Under the pieces are notes generated by a model. That model searched no databases, was not told where the DNA came from, and saw only the letters and a program-made list of their open reading frames with translations. This document shows positions 56,362 through 64,000 of a stretch of DNA of 64,000 nt, in pieces (within the stretch, counting starts at the first letter, position 1; each line of letters begins with the position of its first letter). Made by a program: the position numbers and the translations under genes. Origin of the DNA: Eledone cirrhosa. Taxonomy: Eukaryota. The stretch covers positions 85,188,001 to 85,252,000 of the forward strand of contig OZ024746.1 of the NCBI GenBank assembly GCA_964016885.1, in the 5' to 3' direction.

Positions 56362-57670
56362 GTGGATTGGCAGTATTGGTAGAGGATTGGATGTTACGCT
56401 TTGTAGCATAGAGTTACACCCCTTTACGCTCTGAGTTCAAATCCCGCCAAGGTTAACTTTGCCTTTCATCTTCACAGGGTTCATAAAATAAAGTACCAGT
56501 AATGCACTGGTGTGATTGCTGGCCTTGTGCCAAAAAGTAGAAACAATTATCATCATCATTATCCCCATCCTCTTTTTATCATCCTCATCATCATCATCAT
56601 CGCCATCATCATTATCTTCATGATTAACATCCTCATCATCATCATTATCATCATCACCGCTATATTCATTGTTAACTTTATCGTCATCATTGTCATCATT
56701 GTCATCATCGTCATCAGCCACCTCCCCCCCCCCTCCCCCTCCTACTTCTCCTACTCCTCTCCCCTCTCCCCCTCCTACTTCTCCTACTCCTCGTCATCAT
56801 CATTACTATCATCAGCATCAGCAACATTACAAAAAACAGAAACAACCATGAAGAAGAAGTATCTACGAGTAAACATGACCTGTTAGAAATAGTAGGCGAA
56901 TGTTCCTCCAAACAACCTCTGCATCTCTTGGAAAAGAAAGTCACATTAAATAATTGTTTCTTTTGGCACAAGGCCAGCAATTATCCCAGTGTATTACTGG
57001 TACTTTATTTTATCGACCCTGTAAGGATGAAAGGCAAAGTTAACCTCGGCGGGATTTGAACTCAGACTATAAAGGGCCGTAATTCTATGCTGCAAAGCAT
57101 GGCGTCCGACTCTCTACTGATACTGCCAATCCACCATATGGCCCCCACCACCATATGTTGCACTTTGTCTGGGGAGTAGGCATGAGTACGGATGGTATGT
57201 TTTTAGCCATCATTCGATAAAATAAAGTACCAGTAATGCACTGGGTAATTGCTGGCCTTGTGCCTCAAGTAGAAACAATTAATGACTGGAGTATAAACAA
57301 TAGCATCATCCCCATATCAATCACCATCACCACAAACATACCATCAACATCATCACCCTCATCACAACATTATTATCAGCAAGGGGCGGTGGATTGGAAG
57401 TATCGGTAGAGAGTCGGACTTCCCTTTGTCTTTCATACTTACGAGGTCGATAAAATAAAGTACCAGTAATGCACTGGGATGATTGCTGGCCTTGTGCCAA
57501 AAGTAGAATCAATTATTATCAGCAACATCTCTTTCCTTGGGTGGTGGATTGGCAGAATCGTTAATGTGTTTAAAAAATACTCTTTATGCCCTCAGTTCAA
57601 TTATCGCTAATATCAACTTTGCTTTTAATCCTTCCGGAGTCGATAAATTAAAGTAACAGTCAAGTATTGG
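56362..57670. mobile_element. Cluster of Nin/Deu-domain SINEs in both orientations
   Basis: 56362-56550 (+), 56951-57134 (-), 57215-57280 (+, fragment), 57385-57518 (+), 57540-57670 (+, old). Confidence 0.8.
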
Positions 57671-58437
57671 TACTACATTTTAGTAAATAAAATAAAGTAC
57701 AACTCAAGAATCGACTATTCCTTCCTCACGAAAGTTCTGACCTTCTGCTAATATAAGATATAAATACTAGTATTAGACATAATAAATATTAGATAGAATA
57801 AATAAATGAATGAATAACAAAATATAAAGGAAATCCTCGTGATTATTTTTATCATCAACATTATTGTTGCCATCGTCATCACAGTCATAATCTTCATCGT
57901 GATGTTACGATGGTCACAGACACCAAACGGAACGTAACTGAGAACCACTAATCAAACAGATGATTAAACAGGAACAAGACTTTGGAGTCAAATGTTTTAT
58001 TATTGTGTTTGTTGAAGGAGCATGTTTCGATAGTGTTGTAATATATGCTCACGACTGAGTCCGGGTTAATTTCCTGTTTCCGGTTTTCATCTCCCCCTAC
58101 TTCCTCCGTTATACTACAGTAATTCCACTCTTAACGTATTGTATTGTATTCTATTGTATTGTATTCTATTGTAACTCATTTTGTAATTGGCCGCGTCGAC
58201 GATGTTCGCGATGTTGTTGGCTTGAGTGACTGGCGGGGAAAATAGCCCGAGAAAAGAAAAGGACTGAACGATGTAATAGGATGTGTTGCTCGTTGGAGAC
58301 AATTTCTTAAATACATTTTAACTATAGACAAAGAAGCCGCCTGTGTATATATATTTATGTTTATTTTGTTTTGTTGTTGTTTTTTTGTAAACGTGTTTCA
58401 TATATATGCAAGTAAATATATCCCCATATATATATAA

Positions 58438-58650
<213 letters not shown>

Positions 58651-59069
58651 GTCTGAGTATGCATATATGTGGATATTTGCATATCTGTGTGCGTGTGTGT
58701 AGCAATTTAAGTTATTAAAAAGGCGTGTGCAATGTTAAATTCCTTTCTACTTGGTTAGTATTTTGTGACATATCTTTAAATAAATATCAGTTTTCCGTCG
58801 TACTTCTGCGAACATGGATTTTGTTTTCTTGTCTTCGGCTACTGACCTGGGATGTTAACGTGAAACATAAGCAAATAGATATGAAAATAGATTCTATTGG
58901 CAGTTTATAATGCATCAACCAGCTGCACTGAACTAAAACGATAATTTGCTAGTATTTTCAAACATCTTGTATTGACTTGTTGTCTGATTAACACCTCTCT
59001 GTTGCACGCTAGTAAAAATATACAAGGGTAAACTAACTAATGAGATATGCGAAAAGACGGAAACCAATT

Positions 59070-59770
59070 GTTTGAATATACCCTCCTCAACTAACGCTCA
59101 TTGTAGCAAGTTCGACTTACAAAAGCCATCACCTAACTAACTTCTTCGACATCTTACTGAAGCCTTTCTTCAAACACATACGATTCATCCAACGAGATTA
59201 TCTTGATATGTTCAACCATCTATCAAATACGGTAAACGAATACACTTACAATGTTTTCTTCGGTGTTATGACTCTACATAGTAAAATTCCACATGATTCC
59301 ATACTCGAGGCGATGATCAAATACTGGATAGATTCATTTTCATATAAACTAGCAGACAATGTTGATAGAAAGTTTATTGTCGATGGTCTTCAGGTTATTT
59401 TAGAAGACAATAATTTCGTGTTCAATTAAACAACTGCTATGTGTAGAAAAGTTGTGTCATTATACACTAACCTAATCATGAGATACCGTTTATTAAATCT
59501 GAAAACAATCCTCACAAATTTATGGAGTTGAATTCAATTGTTAGTTAAAAGAAAACTGAAAACGATTTCTGGACGACTGCTTATTTTGTGAAAGCAAAAT
59601 CTTGATAAAATAAACAAATTCCAAAATCCCATCAACAATATAAACACTGTGGAGTTTAGTAACAACAATCTCCTTTTCTTAAATATACCAATAACACAAA
59701 TATACACAGAATTAGAAAGTAAAGTATATTTGAAACCTCCAATTTGCAACAAAACCTTCTTTTTGCATGT
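59070..59770 (+). mobile_element. Decayed Penelope-like element reverse transcriptase
   Basis: DILLKPFFKHIRFIQRDYLDMFNHL, TLHSKIPHD..LEAM, ILEDNNFVFN, later KRFLDDCLI and LLFLNI. This motif order is typical of PLE RT. Confidence 0.75.
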
Positions 59771-60287
59771 CATTTAAAACACACCCGGCCTAACACTCAA
59801 AATAATTTAGCTTTCCACTCCCCTTGTAGGTGGCATGTACGCAGCCACTATTCATAGTGTTTCCTCTTTATTATCGTGAGTGTCCAATCTGATGTCCATT
59901 ATTGAGTGTTATTGAGATATTCCAGGTCAGATTAGTTGCATAAAACCAATAGGAAGTACTTCTAGCTTGCAGGTTGCACCATGTTTGATGTATCAGAAAC
60001 CTTGATAGTCCGAGTAAGAGATTTCTTCCCCCATTTTAGTCTTCGTTATTGTTGTTGTCATCTATTATTGTACGTTGTATATATACACAACCAAAATGTT
60101 ATTCATAGCGTTTACTTCTATTAACGTATGGTATCCAATGATGTTGACTTGTTCTTCTTTTTGGTAAATATCATCTTGGTTAAGAGAGTGGGACTGGCTT
60201 TGTGCAGTGCCTTTGCTCACTATAAAAGCTTCACGGCACAGGCATTGCTTTATATCTGGAGATCTCTCTGCACTTGCCGTCACATGG

Positions 60288-60540
60288 TACCATGGGCCCA
60301 GTACTATGTGTCAATAATTGTCACAAGTGTAGTGTTTGTACCAGAGTTTTCAAGTCGCTGGCTGGACTAAAAGGTCACACTCGTTCAGCGCATCGGTAGG
60401 GGTTCTCCTACATGGATATAAAGTAGTGGCCGTACTCGAAAACGAGTTGGCAGCCACCATGTATGTATGTATGTATGTATGCATGTATGTATGTATGTAT
60501 GTATGTATGTATGTATGCATGCATGTATGTATGTGTGTAT
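60288..60540 (+). mobile_element. RTE-clade LINE extreme 3' end with (GTAT)n tail
   Basis: Near-identical reverse complement of 54142-54315. Confidence 0.88.
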
Positions 60541-60892
60541 GTATGTGTGTATGGTGTTTGCTTGTTTTCTTTGCGCCATAATGACAACTAGATACTGTGT
60601 TCAAACAAATTGTCACTTTTGTTTTAAATACTCCACTCATATCTAAAACATATGGCTGTTGTTATTCAACATAATCTTCCTCATTCTCTTCCTCCTTTTC
60701 ATCATCATCATCATCATCAGCAGCAACATTGTTATTCTCATCCTCAGCATCAACAACGTTTTCATCGTCAATGTTATTGAATACGCTAAGTTTTATTATA
60801 TATGTTTCTATGTTTCTGTGTACGGTGTGCGTCTGTATGGTGTGCGTGTGTGTGCGTGTGTGTGCGTGTGTGCGTGTGTATGTGTAATATAG

Positions 60893-60965
<73 letters not shown>

Positions 60966-61010
60966 TATAATTATATATATGCATGTATATGTGTATATAT
61001 ATATAGATAG

Positions 61011-61115
<105 letters not shown>

Positions 61116-61146
61116 TAAAATAATTATATATATGCATATATATGCA

Positions 61147-61211
<65 letters not shown>

Positions 61212-61546
61212 CTACGTGTGTGCAAGAGGTTGCGCGTGTTTGTATGTGTATGTATATATACATTTATGTATATGTATATATGTGTGTGTAATTATTTAAA
61301 TGTTTTGGTAGGGGCGCTGTTTGCACCTCCCTTCCCGCGTCAATAACAACATCAAGATATTTTTAAACGTTAAATTCTTATTTTTAGTTTTAAATATTTG
61401 ACTCAGTTCTAAAATTCATGGGCCGCCATATTTATTCTTTACCTTCAATATTTTACAACCTTTTTCCACTCTTCCTTTAATTCAATTACTAAACTAAATC
61501 TAATTTTGTTAAAAATCCAATACGATCTACTCTCTCGTTCTTTCTT

Positions 61547-61626
<80 letters not shown>

Positions 61627-61669
61627 TCTTTCTCTCTCTCTCACTCTCGTTCTCTCGCTCTCTTTCTCT

Positions 61670-62300
61670 CTATTTCTTTCTTGCCATATCTTTCCCTTTC
61701 TCTCTCTCTTTCTTACTTTCTTTCTTTCTCTCTCTATCTTTCGTTTCTCTTTATCTATCTTTCTCTTACTTTCTCTCTCCCTCTTCTTGTTATCTCTTTA
61801 TCTATGTATCTCTTTCCTTATCTCTCCCCCTCTTTGCCTCTCTAACTCTCTCTCTCTCTCTCTCTCTCTCGCTCTCGCTCTCTCTCTCTTTCTTTCTTGC
61901 CATATCTTTCCCTTTCTCTCTCTCTTTCTTACTTTCTTTCTTTCTCTCTCTATCTTTCGTTTCTCTTTATCTATCTTTCTCTTACTTTCTCTCTCCCTCT
62001 TCTTGTTATCTCTTTATCTATGTATCTCTTTCCTTATCTCTCCCCCTCTTTGCCTCTCTAACTCTCTCTCTCTCTCTCTCTCTCTCTCGCTCTCGCTCTC
62101 TCTCTCTTTCTTTCTTGCCATATCTTTCCCTTTCTCTCTCTCTTTCTTACTTTCTTTCTTTCTCTCTCTATCTTTCGTTTCTCTTTATCTATCTTTCTCT
62201 TACTTTCTCTCTCCCCCTTCTTGTTATCTTTTTATCTATGTATCTCTTTCCTTATCTCTCCCCCTCTTTGCCTCTCTAACTCTGTCCCTCTTTGCCTCTC
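61670..62300. repeat. Triplicated ~217-bp CT-rich unit
   Basis: ttgccatatctttccc recurs at ~61681, ~61897 and ~62115. Confidence 0.85.
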
Positions 62301-62728
62301 TCTCTATCTCTCTCTCTCTCTGCTATATTTCTCGCCTTTTGATTTACGTCCTTTCTTTTCCTTTCATATTTTTCTTATCTCGAAGAACAACTACAAGATA
62401 AACTATACAACAAAAAACAAAACATGAAAAATGACTTTATATTTCACAACAAAATCCATATAGATGCCAAGTTATTCGTAAAATTGTAATATGAATAAAT
62501 AAATATATAAACAAACAAACAAAAAAATTAAATAAATGAATAAACAAATAAATATATAATTTGAAAATTTTCGATTTAAGAGAGACAGAGTGAAGCGAAA
62601 AAAATATGATTTATCGTTAGTTCTGCCAACTTCGAATAATTATTAAATTATGTAGTTAGATGTTATTTACTTTATTTATATTTATTCAATTATTTATATA
62701 TATATATATTATATATATATTATATATA

Positions 62729-62804
<76 letters not shown>

Positions 62805-63119
62805 ATTTGTTTGTCTGTTTCAGTGTTTTATTTTGATTTATTTTGGGGGCTTTTGATGTTTTGGTTTCTTATCTTATTTTGCTTCTGTTTTAGACGCGAA
62901 TGTTAGTTCTCTACTTGAATTTGATGTGTTCCTGGATTTATTTTCTAAAGTGGTAATCTTGAATCCACAAATACATATGTGTGTGTGTGTGTGTGTGTAA
63001 AAACAGACCGGTTGTCTGTTGTGGCGTGTGTTTCATAATGTATCTATCAATGTATACAAATGTATGAAAAGGGAAGACTATTCTTTTGACATGCAAATGA
63101 TACGAACTCGCACCGACAT

Positions 63120-63320
63120 ATTGGATTTTGTGGATTATTTTATTTAATACACTAAATCTTTTCCCAATACTCCTGCCTCCCCCACGACCGGACGTTATAT
63201 TGATGACTGTATCAGCGCCACCTCACGCACCTGGACACAGCTTGACTCCTTTCTCTCCTTCTGCTCTTTCCACCTCGCCCTTGACTACACCTCTTCTGCC
63301 TGCAATACTTCCACCCACTT
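63120..63320 (+). mobile_element. Penelope-like RT fragment (catalytic motif)
   Basis: Frame from 63190 reads GRYIDDCISATSRTWTQLDSFLSFCSFHLALDYT. Confidence 0.75.
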
Positions 63321-63329
63321 GATAAGCAT

Positions 63330-64000
63330 TTAATAGATATTTTTGCATAATTCTTGCAAATAGTGGAATGAATATGATATGGAGTATACTAATTATTTTT
63401 TAACTAGATTGAATAGAATAAGGATAATTAAAAAAATGCACATATATGAATTTTCCACCCTTTACACTAGTTTGGAACTGGGTCTAGTAAAAAAAGGGAT
63501 GGGTAGTATAATAGACATGTGATTTTATGTCTAGAATAAGGTACAATAGATACATTAATTGGACAAAGGTTAAGTTCATACAAGTGGTCCCTGTTTATAA
63601 TAAATAATTCTTATGTTACATTCGCAAGTTATGTTTTCAGGTAGGTCAGAGACATACCAGTGGGTGAGAACTGTAGTCCGCTCCTAGTGTATTTATATTT
63701 ATCCTCCTGTGAGTTTGACTATTTAGAGGGGTTAAGGAAGCTTAGTAGGATTGGCCTAATTAGAGAGTTGGGTGGATGTAGTTATATTAATGGTATATTT
63801 GTTCCTAATTATAGGAATTTCGAGGATTTGCTGCACAAGATCTATCCGAAGAGTTTAGAGGTGAATAGGAATGGATGTGACATTAACAAGTTTAATTATT
63901 TAGACATTACTATTGAAATAGGCGGTGAGACGATAGTTACAAAGTTCTACAATAAAACTAAGGACTTTAGCTTTAAGGTGGCTGGGATGCCCTTTGCATC
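63330..64000 (+). mobile_element. Decayed Penelope-like RT of a different lineage (runs off the window)
   Basis: TYEFSTLYTS...IYPKSLEVN...NYLDITI...TKFYNKTKDFSFKV..MPF resembles the FSTLYT / IYP.EL / YDKRDDF.F motifs of PLE RTs. Confidence 0.7.

Overview
AT-rich, microsatellite-saturated animal genomic DNA with no recognisable full-length gene. The repeat content suggests a coleoid cephalopod, probably Octopus (inference): tRNA-headed Nin/Deu-domain and CORE SINEs, CRE, Tx1/L1, RTE, HERO and Penelope-like (PLE) retroelement remnants, and very long (TA)n/(CA)n/(CT)n/(TATC)n tracts. Almost all ORFs in the track are translations of simple repeats. The real coding remnants are retrotransposon fragments plus two weakly supported minus-strand exons that may bracket a ~28-kb intron. 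The main unexplained signal is a set of at least six unrelated small non-coding elements that each carry a minimal type I hammerhead ribozyme (HHR). They sit inside (TA)n tracts and occur as tandem and head-to-head palindromic copies whose inversion points often fall within the ribozyme. Highlights are a perfect 176-nt HHR-to-HHR monomer (retrozyme/circRNA-like), a ~320-nt unit with the U3:A8 core covariant, and an HHR split in stem II by a 1.25-kb CRE retrotransposon. All structures were folded by eye and no database search was run, so novelty is unverified.
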